In this document: piece by piece, positions 46,241-56,912 of the stretch
How the letters are laid out: each line of letters starts with the position of its first letter
Position numbering within the stretch: the stretch's first letter is position 1
Assembly: GCA_963800375.1 (NCBI GenBank)
Contig: CAWDAT010000003.1
Span: 91,697-155,696 of the forward strand
Direction: 5' to 3'
DNA: 64,000 nt
Source of the DNA: an uncultured Gammaproteobacteria bacterium
GTDB taxonomy: Bacteria > Pseudomonadota > Gammaproteobacteria > Steroidobacterales > Steroidobacteraceae
Translations under genes and position numbers: made by a program
The notes under the pieces: generated by a model
The model's input: only the letters and a program-made list of their open reading frames with translations
What the model was told of the DNA's origin: nothing
The model's database searches: none

Positions 46241-46608
46241 GCGCCGCAGTGCGAATCGGCGTGCACGTCGACCGACCCGGCATTGGCGACCGCGGTATTC
46301 GCACGACCGCATTTGCGAAACATCGTATCGGTGCTGGTCGCAGTCCACGCTAAATTGGCTCTGCCGTCGGCATCCGCGCTCAGGAATACCGGCACCGAGG
46401 TGAAACCATTGATGCGGGCGTTGCTGAAAACGATTCGTTCCGGACGAGCGCTCATATCGTAAACCGTGACCAAGATGTCTTCGGTGCTGTCATTGATGAG
46501 CTTGACCTCGACGCCTTCGCCGCCGAGTGCGCTGCTCCCGACCAACAGCAACGCCCCGAAACTCAACATCAAGGCTGCCTTCAGGGCATGCAGAATCCGA
46601 GTGATCAT
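46237..46608 (-). CDS. Hypothetical secreted protein (123 aa)
   Basis: ATG (cat at 46606-46608) gives MITRILHALKAALMLSFGALLLVGSSALG as signal. Two C-terminal Cys. No recognisable family. Confidence 0.5.
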   Translation of the reverse strand: MITRILHALKAALMLSFGALLLVGSSALGGEGVEVKLINDSTEDILVTVYDMSARPERIVFSNARINGFTSVPVFLSADADGRANLAWTATSTDTMFRKCGRANTAVANAGSVDVHADSHCGA

Positions 46609-46737
46609 GGGGAAGACGCTACCCGCACCCGCGCGACGCGGCAGCCGGATGCTCCTGTATCTGCGTGTGAGTATGTGCCTACGCCGCGGGCGATGACGGG
46701 TATGGTTGCCGCAGTGCAGCAAGGGTGGGCCTTCGGC

Positions 46738-46953
46738 TCAGTCTGGTTTCCGGGAATGCGCGCGAGATTGCCAGGAAAATTGCGATCGGAAGCGCTGCCC
46801 TGATCCCTGATCGCAGAAAATAGCGCCCTGTTCGTGAAACACCGGCTCACCCTGGTGATGGCGATCCACCAACTCTTCGAGCACGCTCAGCAAACCGAAC
46901 ACTGGGGCCAATAGAAAAACCAACAGCAGCAAGACGCCGATGAGTAGGTACAT
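46738..46953 (-). CDS. Hypothetical small membrane protein (71 aa)
   Basis: GGAGGG lies 5 nt before the ATG (cat at 46951-46953). MYLLIGVLLLLVFLLAPVFGLLSVL forms a TM helix. The extent of the C-terminal part is uncertain. Confidence 0.35.
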   Translation of the reverse strand: MYLLIGVLLLLVFLLAPVFGLLSVLEELVDRHHQGEPVFHEQGAIFCDQGSGQRFRSQFSWQSRAHSRKPD

Positions 46954-47062
46954 GGGTGCCCTCCGCAAATTTCCGTTGCACCGAGAGTGACAGCAATTTG
47001 CGACCAAACGATGATCGCCGGTGTAGGAAAAAGCCTGATATCTTTGTCAGAGTGAAATTTTC

Positions 47063-48376
47063 TCACTCGACGGCGGGCAGCACGCGCCCCTGCGCGCTGC
47101 CAAAACCGATTCGCGCTGCGCCAGGGCGCTCGCACCAGGCGCGAAGGATGATGCTGTCGCCGTCCTCGAGGAAGGTGCGCGACTCGCCGTTGCCGATGGG
47201 GATCGGCTGACTGCCGCCGGCGCTGAGTTCGAGCAGAGAACCGGCCTCAGCGGGAGTCGGGCCCGACTGAGTGCCGGTTCCCAGCAGATCACCGGCGCGC
47301 AGGTTGCAGCCATTGACGGTGTGATGCGCGACCAATTGCGCAATCGTCCAGTAAGCATGCCGAAAGCTGGTCAGCGAGAGGCGCCGCGCCGGCTGGCCCC
47401 GTTCGCGCATCGCCGCGCTTTCGATGAGTGCTTCGAGCCGGATATCGATGGCCCCGGCATCGCGGTTCTCAGCCGAAGCGAGATATGGCAAAGGCGCGGC
47501 AGCGTTGTCAGGCCGCACGTACGCCATGCGAAACGGGGCCAGCGCCTGCAGCGTGACGATCCAGGGCGAAATCGTCGTGGCAAAATTCTTCGCCAGGAAA
47601 GGACCCAGCGGCTGATATTCCCACGCCTGCAAATCGCGCGCCGACCAGTCGTTGAGCAGGCACATGCCGAAGATATGTGCCTCCGCGTCGGCGATGGCTA
47701 TCGGTACGCCCGGGGAATTGCCGCTGCCGACGAAGACGCCGAGCTCGAGTTCGTAGTCCAGCCGCGCGGACGCGCCGACCGTGGGGTGCGTTGCCCCCGG
47801 CGGCAGCCGCTGTCCCCGGGGCCGATGGAAGGTCTGCTCCGATACGCCGATGGAGGAGCTGCGGCCGTGATAGCCGATGGGAATCCATTCATAATTCGGC
47901 AACAACGGCTTGTCGGGCCGCATCATCCGGCCCACCGCCGTGGCGTGATATATCGAGGTGTAGAAATCGGTGTAGTCGCCGATCTGCGCCGGCAGTGAAT
48001 ATTGCACGTCGCTTTGCGAAACCAGGCAGGCCTGCAGCGCGCCTTGCAGGCTGGATCCTTCGAGGAGACCCTGGAACAGGGCGCGGCGCACCGCGGTCGA
48101 CACTTGCGGGCCGAGCCGCATCAGCTCGTTGAGCGTTGACCCGCCGGCTGCGCAAATTCCCGCAACGGCCGGCCCATGGAACAGACCGCGAGCCGCCACG
48201 GCGGCGAGATCCAGGATCTGATCGCCGATGGCCACGCCGCCGCGAAAAGCTTCGCCGGATTCTTTGCGGCGGAACACCGCGAAAGGCAGATTCTGGATGG
48301 GAAAGTCACCATCGATCCGATTTGCGGCGGCCAACCAGCTGCGTGCCCGCGGATCGTGGGTTTCATCCAATGGCAT
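47063..48376 (-). CDS. fahA: Fumarylacetoacetase
   Basis: SWLAAANRIDGDFPIQNLPFAVF...GYHGRSSS...DYELELG...GDLLGTGT. ATG at 48376 lies 8 nt after the hmgA stop. Confidence 0.9.
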   Translation of the reverse strand: MPLDETHDPRARSWLAAANRIDGDFPIQNLPFAVFRRKESGEAFRGGVAIGDQILDLAAVAARGLFHGPAVAGICAAGGSTLNELMRLGPQVSTAVRRALFQGLLEGSSLQGALQACLVSQSDVQYSLPAQIGDYTDFYTSIYHATAVGRMMRPDKPLLPNYEWIPIGYHGRSSSIGVSEQTFHRPRGQRLPPGATHPTVGASARLDYELELGVFVGSGNSPGVPIAIADAEAHIFGMCLLNDWSARDLQAWEYQPLGPFLAKNFATTISPWIVTLQALAPFRMAYVRPDNAAAPLPYLASAENRDAGAIDIRLEALIESAAMRERGQPARRLSLTSFRHAYWTIAQLVAHHTVNGCNLRAGDLLGTGTQSGPTPAEAGSLLELSAGGSQPIPIGNGESRTFLEDGDSIILRAWCERPGAARIGFGSAQGRVLPAVE

Positions 48377-48384
48377 CGGGTCGG

Positions 48385-49707
48385 TCACGGCCGCGTCGGG
48401 TCGAAGCGTTTCTTGAGTTCGAGCCAATGGGACATGTAATCAATCTGCAGCGGCGGCATTCCCTGCCGCGCCGAGCGCGTCGGATGGATGACCTGTCTCG
48501 TCTCGAACATGAACGCCATGGTGTCGGTGATGTGCAGGGGCACGGACGTGTCGGCAGCGGCAGCCTTCTCGAAGGTCGCCGCGTCCGGCCCGTGTCCGCT
48601 CATGCAATTGTGCAGGGAGGCGCCGCCCGGCACGAAGCCGGTGCTCTTGGCGTCATAGGTTCCGCAAATCAATCCCATGAACTCATTGGCCACATTGCGG
48701 TGGAACCACGGCGGCCGGAAGGTGTTTTCCATGGTCAGCCAGCGCGGCGGAAATATCACGAAGTCGATGTTGCCCGCGCCGGGCGTCTCGCTGGGCGAAT
48801 GCAATACCGTAAAGATCGAAGGATCGGGATGATCGTAGGAGATGGATCCGATGGTGTTGAAGCGGCGCAGATCATACTTATAAGGGACATGATTTCCATG
48901 CCAGGCCACCACATCCAGCGGCGAATGGTCCATGCGCGCGGCCCACAGCCGGCCCAGGAATTTGCCGATCAGCCGGCATTCGCCGTCGAGATCTTCGTAG
49001 CGTGCGTGCGGCGTTTGAAAGTCGCGCGGATTCGCGAGTCCGTTGGAGCCGATCGGCCCGAGTTCCGGCAGCCTGAACGGCGCGCCGAAGTTCTCGCAGA
49101 GATAGCCGCGCACGGCGCCCGCGGGAAGACCGACCCGGAAGCGCAGCCCGCGCGGGATGACGGCGATTTCCTGCGGCTCGATCCGCAGCCGTCCGAGTTC
49201 GGTGTCCAGACAGAGCGGGCCAAGCTGCGGGACCACGAGGATCTCGCCGTCGGCGCTGTAGAAAAAACGCTCCCGCATCGATTCGTTGGCGGCATACATG
49301 TAGATTGCACAGCCCGCATGGTTATCCGGCGACCCGTTCCCGGCGACCGGCACCAGGCCGTCGATGAAATCCGTGGGGGCGGACGGCAGCGGCAAGGGAT
49401 CCCAGCGCAGCTGATTCGGCGATGCCGGCTGCTCGTCCGCGGACTGGTCGAATCCCGGATGTTGCAGGGGGAGAAACGGCTGGTGCGTGACGGAGGGGCG
49501 GATCCGGTACAGCCAGGAACGGCGATTGGCAAACCGAGGCACCGTAAACGCGGTCCCCGAGAGCTGCTCCGCATACAATCCGTAGGGACAGCGTTGCGGC
49601 GAGTTTCGCCCGGGCGGCAATGCACCGGGCAGGGCCTCCGTGGCGAACTCATTGCCGAACCCACTTTGGTACCCAGGCTCGTCGGATTGCGATGCAATTG
49701 CGCTCAT
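48385..49707 (-). CDS. hmgA: Homogentisate 1,2-dioxygenase
   Basis: [43 protein letters not shown]...[13 protein letters not shown]. Confidence 0.95.
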   Translation of the reverse strand: MSAIASQSDEPGYQSGFGNEFATEALPGALPPGRNSPQRCPYGLYAEQLSGTAFTVPRFANRRSWLYRIRPSVTHQPFLPLQHPGFDQSADEQPASPNQLRWDPLPLPSAPTDFIDGLVPVAGNGSPDNHAGCAIYMYAANESMRERFFYSADGEILVVPQLGPLCLDTELGRLRIEPQEIAVIPRGLRFRVGLPAGAVRGYLCENFGAPFRLPELGPIGSNGLANPRDFQTPHARYEDLDGECRLIGKFLGRLWAARMDHSPLDVVAWHGNHVPYKYDLRRFNTIGSISYDHPDPSIFTVLHSPSETPGAGNIDFVIFPPRWLTMENTFRPPWFHRNVANEFMGLICGTYDAKSTGFVPGGASLHNCMSGHGPDAATFEKAAAADTSVPLHITDTMAFMFETRQVIHPTRSARQGMPPLQIDYMSHWLELKKRFDPTRP

Positions 49708-49756
49708 AGGCTGCCAGTCTATTATATTGGGGCAATCAATCGCGAACTGGACACCC

Positions 49757-50686
49757 ATGCTGAAGGTCGGTCAACCGAATCGCGCGGCGCCTGCGACGGA
49801 CGACCTCAAGGCTCGAATCGTCAGCTTCATGAGCGGCGCCTCCACCGAGATCACGCCGTCGGAAGTCGAACGCCTGCCGGAACTCGCCACATTGCTGGCC
49901 GGCGGTACGGCGGTGTATGTGGCGCATACACCGAACGCGGGCTTCGCCCACGTGATCGATGCCGCACTCGCCGTACGGCGCGCCGGATTTCTGGCGACGC
50001 CGCATATTGCGGTACGGCGCGTGCCGGATGCGCAGACGCTGCGCACGGCGCTCGCTGCGCTGCGTGCAGGAGGAGTCGAGCACATCTTGTTGATCGCGGG
50101 CGACGCGCCGCGGCCGATCGGCGAATTCTCGTGCGCCATGGATGTTCTCGAATCAGGGATCCTGGAGGAATCGGGAATCACCCGGATCGGTATCGCCGGA
50201 CATCCCGAGGGACACAACGCGGTCGCGGTCGGCCGGCTGTGGGAGGCGCTCGAAGCCAAGCAAGCCACGGCCCTGCGTCGCGGCTACTGCATACATGTCG
50301 TCACTCAGTTCGGGCTCGACGCAGGAGCCTTCAGGCGCTGGGAGCGCGAGGCTGTGCGCCGGCGAATTCGGCTGCCGGTGCGTTTAGGGATCGCGGGACC
50401 CGCGCCGCTCACCAAACTGGTGCATTTCGCCGTTCAGTGCGGCATTGGCGCCTCGATGCGGGCCCTGACGCGTAATCTCAGCACCGCCGCGCGATCGTCC
50501 GAATTGGCGACCTGTCCGGATCAGCACCTGCTCGGCTTGCTGGCGGCGCCGGTTTCGGCTCAAATCGTGGCACCGCATTTCTTCGCGTTCGGCGGCGCGC
50601 TGGAAACCGCGCGTTGGATGCAGAAAATCGCCGCGGGCGCCTTTGATATCGATGCGCCGACCCGGCAATTTCGACTGCGGGCCTGA
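49757..50686 (+). CDS. Methylenetetrahydrofolate reductase family protein
   Basis: ...[12 protein letters not shown]...HILLIAGD...[10 protein letters not shown]...[13 protein letters not shown]-like TIM-barrel pattern. Confidence 0.65.
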   Translation: MLKVGQPNRAAPATDDLKARIVSFMSGASTEITPSEVERLPELATLLAGGTAVYVAHTPNAGFAHVIDAALAVRRAGFLATPHIAVRRVPDAQTLRTALAALRAGGVEHILLIAGDAPRPIGEFSCAMDVLESGILEESGITRIGIAGHPEGHNAVAVGRLWEALEAKQATALRRGYCIHVVTQFGLDAGAFRRWEREAVRRRIRLPVRLGIAGPAPLTKLVHFAVQCGIGASMRALTRNLSTAARSSELATCPDQHLLGLLAAPVSAQIVAPHFFAFGGALETARWMQKIAAGAFDIDAPTRQFRLRA

Positions 50687-50777
50687 GGCCGCGCTGCGCG
50701 ACGACTTTTGCGCTCTGACATCGCTTTGAGAGTTTCGCCTACATAGCAGCGGCGGCCAATGTGCAAAATCACCCCTC

Positions 50778-51065
50778 ATGAGTGAGAAGCGGGAAACGGT
50801 GTTGGCGGTGCATGGAAATGCCGACGGTTACTGGTATATCGGCGCCGGCCGCAGCATTGCCGAAGGCCCCTACCGTAATCCCGATCAGCTGCTGAGCGTG
50901 GCGTCCGATCTGCTCGCGGCCGAGGTCCACTGGCGCATCGATGTGTTCGACGTGGCCGGCAATAAGATCATCAGCTACAGCAGCGAAGAACTGGACGCCG
51001 GTGATTTGCATCCGCTGCGTTGGCGCCACCAATGGAACAGGTTGGGGCACAACGCCCGTCATTAA
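50778..51065 (+). CDS. Hypothetical protein (95 aa)
   Basis: ORF with non-shadow-like composition. No recognisable motif. Confidence 0.4.
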   Translation: MSEKRETVLAVHGNADGYWYIGAGRSIAEGPYRNPDQLLSVASDLLAAEVHWRIDVFDVAGNKIISYSSEELDAGDLHPLRWRHQWNRLGHNARH

Positions 51066-52132
51066 TCGTCGCTGCGCCGATCGGCGCCCGATTCCTTCGC
51101 AGGCGGGCTCAAGAAATTCAGCAGAGGTTGTCCGCCCCGGGCATTCTCCGCCACCACCTTGAGTGCCACCAGCGTGGGCGTCGCCAATATGATGCCTGCG
51201 ACGCCCCAGAACAGTCCGCCGAACCATAAAGCCAAAAACACCAGCATGGGATTCAACTGCAACCGCCGGCCGACCAGCAGGGGCTGCACGAATTGCCCTT
51301 CGATGGTGGCGAGGGCCAGGTAACTCCCCGCCACCGCAAGGACGTGCCCCAGTCCATCGAGAGAAACGATTGCCACGACGGTGAGCACGATGAGCGTGGT
51401 CGTCGAACCGGCATAGGGAATGAAATTAAGTATCCCCGCCATGGTGCCCCACAGCCAGGGGCTCGGCATGCCGAGCCACATCATGGCGAGGGCCGTGGCG
51501 AAGCCGAGTCCGACATTGATCAAGGCGGTCGTGACATAGAAGCGGCCGACCTCGCCCCGCACTTTTTCAATGACGCTGATGATGTGGGCCGAGTGCAGAT
51601 CGCCGGCAAATGCCGAGGTCATTCGTGCCAGCATCGGCGGACCGCCGGCCAGCAGGAATAACGTAAGAATGATGACGGTGATGCTGCTCAGCACCGGGCC
51701 GCGGGTGACGTCCAGCAACATGGCGGGCGCGCTCTCTTCGGCGGGAGCGACGGTCGGCGCCGGCGTGCCGCGGGCGGAACTGCCGATGTTGCCCGCGGAA
51801 CTGCGCAGGTCGTCGATGCGGTTCATGGCCTGTTCCACGGGCCGAATCTTCCGCTCGATGATTCGCAGCGTGTGCGGCGCCGCCGCGAACCACTGTTGCG
51901 CGGGGGCCCACACGAAATTCACCAGCGCGGCGAAGACTCCCAGTATCACAATCAACAGCACCGCGGCGCTGATGCCTCGGGGCACGCGCCAGGCATGCAA
52001 GGCCTCGACGGGACCGGAGAGCGCCAGCGCCAGCAGCAGCGCCAGGGCAACGGGGACGAAGGCGACATGCGCGAAGTACAGCAGCAATCCGACGGCGCCG
52101 GCTGCCAGCACGCGCAAGGAAGTCACCTTCAC
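51062..52132 (-). CDS. AI-2E family (PerM/UPF0118) transporter
   Basis: 8 hydrophobic segments; ...GILNFIPYAGSTTTLIV.... GTG start overlaps the M20 stop. Confidence 0.85.
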   Translation of the reverse strand: MKVTSLRVLAAGAVGLLLYFAHVAFVPVALALLLALALSGPVEALHAWRVPRGISAAVLLIVILGVFAALVNFVWAPAQQWFAAAPHTLRIIERKIRPVEQAMNRIDDLRSSAGNIGSSARGTPAPTVAPAEESAPAMLLDVTRGPVLSSITVIILTLFLLAGGPPMLARMTSAFAGDLHSAHIISVIEKVRGEVGRFYVTTALINVGLGFATALAMMWLGMPSPWLWGTMAGILNFIPYAGSTTTLIVLTVVAIVSLDGLGHVLAVAGSYLALATIEGQFVQPLLVGRRLQLNPMLVFLALWFGGLFWGVAGIILATPTLVALKVVAENARGGQPLLNFLSPPAKESGADRRSDD

Positions 52133-53535
52133 CTGGCACCGCTCATGGCCTTGAGCAGGCGGTAGGTGAATTCGACGCTCTCATCGAAGGCCTGAATGCC
52201 GATGCGTTCATCCCGGCCATGCGCGCGATTCTCATCGACATCCACCCACACCCCGCTGATGTCGTAGCTCGGCATTCCTGCATTGCGGGTTTGCCGATCA
52301 TCGCTGAATCCGGTCGCCATGGTGGGAATGATGGGCACGCCCGGCCACATCGAATGCACGAGAGCCGCCGTCTTTCGCATGATTTGTGCCGTCGGCGGGG
52401 ACTCGGGGCTGACGATGGGCGGTGCATCCAGGGTGAGGCGGATGGCCGGATCGGCGAGTGCGGCGGCGAGAAGATTTTGCACGCTGTCGGCCGAGTCTCC
52501 CGGCAGCATCCGGCACTGAATGGTTGCCTTGGCCCGCTGCGGCAGGGCGTTTTCGGCATGTCCACCGGAAATCAAGGTCGCGACGCAGGTCGTGCGCAGT
52601 TCGGCGTTGAGGCGCACATTCTGGCTGAGGCGCTCCGCGGCGGCCGGATCGGGCGGCGACTGTGCGACGGCCTGCATGTCCGCGGCGGTCGTTCCGCTCT
52701 CGAGCGCGGCCCACGCGGCGAAACTCGCGCGGGTGGTTGCCGTGAGCATCACCGGAAATCTGTACGCCGCCAAGCGGCCGAGCCCCGCGGCCAGCCGATA
52801 GATCGCGTTGTCCGGGCCGGGCAGAGAGCCATGGCCGCCCGGGCTCAAGGTCTCCGCCGTGAACGTGACGTAGCTTTTTTCGCTGGTGCCGATCTCGAAA
52901 AACTGCGGCACCCCGTTCTTCGTGGCGCCGCCGCCGCCGTCGAGATTGACGACCAAGGCCGCGTTGATCAAGTCGCGGTGTTCTTTGAGCAGGAAGGCCG
53001 GCCCGTTGGCATCGCCGCCGGCCTCTTCGTCCGCGGTGAACGCGACGATGATGTCGCGATCCGGAACGAACTTCTCGCGCTTCAAGCGGATCAAGCTCTC
53101 GACCAGGGCGGCGTCCCCGTCTTTCATATCGATGGTGCCTCGCCCGTAAAACCAGCCGTCCTGCTGCGTAAGTTTGAACGGGTCGACGGACCAGTCCTCG
53201 GGCTTGGCTTCCACGACGTCCAAGTGAGCGAGGAACAGGACGGGATCGCTGGAGTGTTTGCCGTGGTAGCGGACCACCACGTTGCCCTTGGTCGGATGGT
53301 CGGGCGGCGCCAGGAAGACCAGGTCCTGGCCGGCGAAGCCCGCGCTCGAGAGCCAGCCTTGGATGGCGAGGGCGGCCAGCGTGGAACCTTGCGCATGGGT
53401 GGTGTTGATCTCCACCAATCCCTTCAGCAACTCGCGGGCGAGGTCTTGATCTGCCGGCGGCGGCAGAGGGGGCGCCGCGCCGGCCCACGAGGCCGCCGTC
53501 ACGACCAGGCCCAACCCCATGATCAATGCCCGCAT
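52129..53535 (-). CDS. M20-family metallopeptidase (carboxypeptidase G2-like), secreted
   Basis: Signal MRALIMGLGLVVTAASWAGA. HLDVVEA, GRGTIDMKDG, ADEEAGG, GGHGS motifs. Confidence 0.85.
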   Translation of the reverse strand: MRALIMGLGLVVTAASWAGAAPPLPPPADQDLARELLKGLVEINTTHAQGSTLAALAIQGWLSSAGFAGQDLVFLAPPDHPTKGNVVVRYHGKHSSDPVLFLAHLDVVEAKPEDWSVDPFKLTQQDGWFYGRGTIDMKDGDAALVESLIRLKREKFVPDRDIIVAFTADEEAGGDANGPAFLLKEHRDLINAALVVNLDGGGGATKNGVPQFFEIGTSEKSYVTFTAETLSPGGHGSLPGPDNAIYRLAAGLGRLAAYRFPVMLTATTRASFAAWAALESGTTAADMQAVAQSPPDPAAAERLSQNVRLNAELRTTCVATLISGGHAENALPQRAKATIQCRMLPGDSADSVQNLLAAALADPAIRLTLDAPPIVSPESPPTAQIMRKTAALVHSMWPGVPIIPTMATGFSDDRQTRNAGMPSYDISGVWVDVDENRAHGRDERIGIQAFDESVEFTYRLLKAMSGAR

Positions 53536-53615
53536 TGAATTCTCCCCCTGCATGCAGTTCACTAGAGCATATCGGAACCGAGGGAAATTCCAATGCGAAC
53601 GGCGATTATAATCGC

Positions 53616-54209
53616 GTGCGGCGGCGCCGCGTGAACAACAGCCGGCTCGAGGCCTTCAGCGACGGCGTCATCGCCATCATCATCACCATCATGGTGCTGG
53701 AGCTCAAGGTGCCGGGAGGCGATACCCTGGGCGCGCTCGTGCCTTTGATTCCGCACCTGTTGAGCTACGTCTTGAGTTTCATCTACGTGGGCATCTATTG
53801 GAACAATCACCACCACATGCTGCATACCTGTGAGTCGGTGACCGGTCCGATCCTATGGGCCAATCTGCATCTCTTGTTCTGGCTGTCCTTGTTTCCCATC
53901 ACCACGGCTTGGATGGGCGAGAGTCACTCCGCGGCGGCGCCGTCGGCGCTGTATGGCCTGGTGCTGTTGATGGCGGCCATTGCATATTGGATATTGCAGC
54001 AGCAGATCATCGCCGCTCAGGGACCGGATTCGATCCTCAAGAAAGCCGTGGGCGCCGATTGGAAGGGAAAACTTTCACCCGTCATTTATCTGGCGGGGAT
54101 TGCCGCCGCATTCATCTGGCCGCGACTGGCCCAGACTCTGTATCTGTTGGTCGCACTGCTCTGGCTGGTACCGGACCGCCGCATTGAAAAAGCGCTGATT
54201 CGCGAATAG
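53616..54209 (+). CDS. TMEM175/DUF1211-family potassium channel homologue
   Basis: RLEAFSDGVIAIIITIMVLEL signature in TM1, six hydrophobic segments. GTG start at 53616 or 53631. Confidence 0.75.
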   Translation: MRRRRVNNSRLEAFSDGVIAIIITIMVLELKVPGGDTLGALVPLIPHLLSYVLSFIYVGIYWNNHHHMLHTCESVTGPILWANLHLLFWLSLFPITTAWMGESHSAAAPSALYGLVLLMAAIAYWILQQQIIAAQGPDSILKKAVGADWKGKLSPVIYLAGIAAAFIWPRLAQTLYLLVALLWLVPDRRIEKALIRE

Positions 54210-54418
54210 CGGCCGCGGATTCACTCGAGCACCCGCTTGAAAAACGCGATGGCGTCGTTGGTCTGTTTCATCTCGTCCGTTCTACTACTCGGTCCGCCGA
54301 GCCATGCATGAGCGAACGACTGCGCTATCGGGTCGAAATCGATGGAATCGCGCGCTTCAGGACCGCCGCGCGGAATCACAACCGGCGGCCGTTTGTCTTG
54401 CGCGCCCCGACGGGCGGA

Positions 54419-55642
54419 CTAGATGATGCCCTTGGCGCGCAGCGCAGCGATCTCCCCGGCCGGCAGGTCGAGACGTTCGGCCAGCACTTCCTGCGTCTGC
54501 TCGCCCAAGAGCGGCGGAGCGGAACGGTAGGTCACCGGCGTCTCGGACAGGCGCAGAGGATTGGCGACCAGGGAGACTGCGCCCGCAACGGGGTGCGGCA
54601 AATTGATCTGCATGCCGCGGGCACGCACCTGCGGATCGGCGAACACTGAATCCAAGGTATTGATCGGTCCGGCGGGAACACCCACGGTTTCGAGCGCTGC
54701 GACCCAGTGGGCGGTGGGATGCGTCACGGTCGCCGCGCTCAACTTGTCGATCAATTCGCGGCGATTGGCCACGCGCATCTTGTTGGTGCGAAAATCCGGA
54801 TCCTCGGCGAGCGCCGCGAGACCGACGACGGCGCACAGTCGGGCGAACTGCGCGTCGTTGCCGACCGCAATCACCATGTAGCCATCGCTGGTCGGAAAGT
54901 CCTGATAGGGAACCAGGTTCGGATGGGCGTTGCCATGGCGCCGCGGCGCGCTGCCGCTGACCAGGTAGTTCATGGCCTGGTTCGCGAGGCAGGCCACCTG
55001 TACATCGAGCAGCCCAACGTCGATATGCTGGCCCGCGCCCGACCGGTCGCGGTGCGCCAGGGCCGCCAGCACGCCGATCGTCGCGTACAGTCCGGTCAGG
55101 ATGTCGGTGACGGCGACGCCGACTTTTTGCGGCCCGGCTCCCGGCTCGCCATCCTGGCGCCCCGTGATGCTCATCAACCCGCCCATGGCCTGCACCAACA
55201 GATCGTAGCCGGCGCGCGGTGCGTAGGGGCCGGTTTGACCGAACCCCGTGATGGAACAATAAATGAGGCGCGGATTGACGGCGCGCAGCGATGCATAGTC
55301 CAGACCGTAGGATTCGAGGCCGCCCACCTTGAAGTTTTCCAGCACCACATCCGACTTGCGGGCAAGTTCGCGGATGATGGCTTGGCCTTCGGGGGTGGTG
55401 AAGTCCACCGTAATGGATTTCTTGTTGCGATTGGCGCAGAGATAGTACGCCGCGTCGCCGCCGTCATTGCCTTGCGCATCGCGCAAAAAAGGCGGACCCC
55501 AACTGCGAGTATCGTCCCCCGCGCCCGGCCGTTCGACTTTGATGACTTCAGCGCCCAGATCCGCGAGAACTTGTCCCGCCCAAGGTCCGGCCAGGACCCG
55601 CGACAGATCGAGCACGGTGATATGCGAAAGAGCGCTGTTCAT
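54419..55642 (-). CDS. Family III CoA-transferase (CaiB/BaiF; likely glutarate-related given the gcdH neighbour)
   Basis: MNSALSHITVLDLSRVLAGPWAGQVLADLGAEVIKVERPGAGDDTR. Confidence 0.85.
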   Translation of the reverse strand: MNSALSHITVLDLSRVLAGPWAGQVLADLGAEVIKVERPGAGDDTRSWGPPFLRDAQGNDGGDAAYYLCANRNKKSITVDFTTPEGQAIIRELARKSDVVLENFKVGGLESYGLDYASLRAVNPRLIYCSITGFGQTGPYAPRAGYDLLVQAMGGLMSITGRQDGEPGAGPQKVGVAVTDILTGLYATIGVLAALAHRDRSGAGQHIDVGLLDVQVACLANQAMNYLVSGSAPRRHGNAHPNLVPYQDFPTSDGYMVIAVGNDAQFARLCAVVGLAALAEDPDFRTNKMRVANRRELIDKLSAATVTHPTAHWVAALETVGVPAGPINTLDSVFADPQVRARGMQINLPHPVAGAVSLVANPLRLSETPVTYRSAPPLLGEQTQEVLAERLDLPAGEIAALRAKGII

Positions 55643-55727
55643 CCGCACAAGTTAGCACGATCGAAAGGCCCACCGGCCCCCGAGTTTATGCGATGCTTCG
55701 CTCTTCCGAGAGGACAAAAGGCTGAAT

Positions 55728-56912
55728 ATGGCGATGGGTAGCTTTCATTGGGACGATCCGCTGTTGCTCGATGCGCAGCTGACGGAAGAAGAGAAGATGG
55801 TAAGAGAGGCTGCGCGCGACTATTCACAGGGCCGGCTGGCGCCGCGGATCGTCGACGCCTTTCGCCGCGAGCATACCGACCCCGGCATTTTCAAGGAGAT
55901 GGGGGAGCTTGGCTTGCTGGGCGCGACCATTCCGGAGGAATTCGGCGGCGGCGGCCTCAACTACGTGAGCTACGGACTGATCGCGCGCGAAGTGGAACGG
56001 GTCGATTCGGGATATCGCTCCATGATGAGCGTGCAATCCTCGCTGGTCATGCTGCCCATCGAGCGCTTCGGCACCGAGGCTCAAAAGAGAAGATACCTTC
56101 CCGGGCTGGCACGCGGCGAATCGATCGGGTGCTTCGGCTTGACCGAACCCGACCATGGTTCCGATCCGGGCAGCATGATCACGCGCGCGCGCGCCGCCGC
56201 CGGCGGCTTCCGCTTGTCCGGCGCCAAGACCTGGATCACCAATAGTCCCATCGCCGACGTCTTCGTCGTGTGGGCCAAGACCGACGACGACATCATTCGC
56301 GGTTTCATTCTGGAAAAAGGCTGGAAGGGTCTGGCGGCCCCGGTGATTCACGGCAAGGTCGGATTGCGCGCCTCCACCACCGGGCAAATTCTCATGGATG
56401 ATGTGTTCGTGCCGGAGGAGAACTTATTGCCGGGAGTCACGGGCCTGCGCGGTCCGTTCACCTGTCTGGATTCGGCGCGCTACGGCATCGCGTGGGGAGC
56501 TCTCGGTGCGGCCGAAAGCTGCTGGCACACCGCGCGCCAGTATGTGCTCGATCGAAAACAGTTCGGCCGCCCGCTTGCCGCCAATCAATTGGTGCAGAAG
56601 AAGCTGGCCGACATGCAAACCGAAATCTCGCTGGCGCTGCAGGGGTGTCTGCGGCTCGGCCGGATGAAGGATGAGGGAATTGCCTCCGTCGAAATCACAT
56701 CCATGCTCAAACGCAATTCCTGCGGCAAATCGCTCGACGTGGCGCGAGTCGCGCGCGACATGTTGGGCGGCAACGGAATTTCCGATGAATTCGGCGTGAT
56801 TCGCCACGTCGTGAACCTCGAGGTGGTGAACACCTACGAGGGCACTCACGATATTCATGCGCTCATTCTCGGCCGGGCGCAAACCGGAATTCAGGCATTC
56901 ACTTCGGACTAA
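55728..56912 (+). CDS. gcdH: Glutaryl-CoA dehydrogenase
   Basis: [27 protein letters not shown]...[13 protein letters not shown]...[14 protein letters not shown]...[15 protein letters not shown]. Confidence 0.9.
   Translation: MAMGSFHWDDPLLLDAQLTEEEKMVREAARDYSQGRLAPRIVDAFRREHTDPGIFKEMGELGLLGATIPEEFGGGGLNYVSYGLIAREVERVDSGYRSMMSVQSSLVMLPIERFGTEAQKRRYLPGLARGESIGCFGLTEPDHGSDPGSMITRARAAAGGFRLSGAKTWITNSPIADVFVVWAKTDDDIIRGFILEKGWKGLAAPVIHGKVGLRASTTGQILMDDVFVPEENLLPGVTGLRGPFTCLDSARYGIAWGALGAAESCWHTARQYVLDRKQFGRPLAANQLVQKKLADMQTEISLALQGCLRLGRMKDEGIASVEITSMLKRNSCGKSLDVARVARDMLGGNGISDEFGVIRHVVNLEVVNTYEGTHDIHALILGRAQTGIQAFTSD

Noticed and set aside
47049-47067. Hairpin gagtga-N7-tcactc overlapping the fahA stop as a terminator
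   Set aside because: It has only a 6-bp AT-containing stem and overlaps the coding end. The U-tract is ~20 nt away, so support is too weak.
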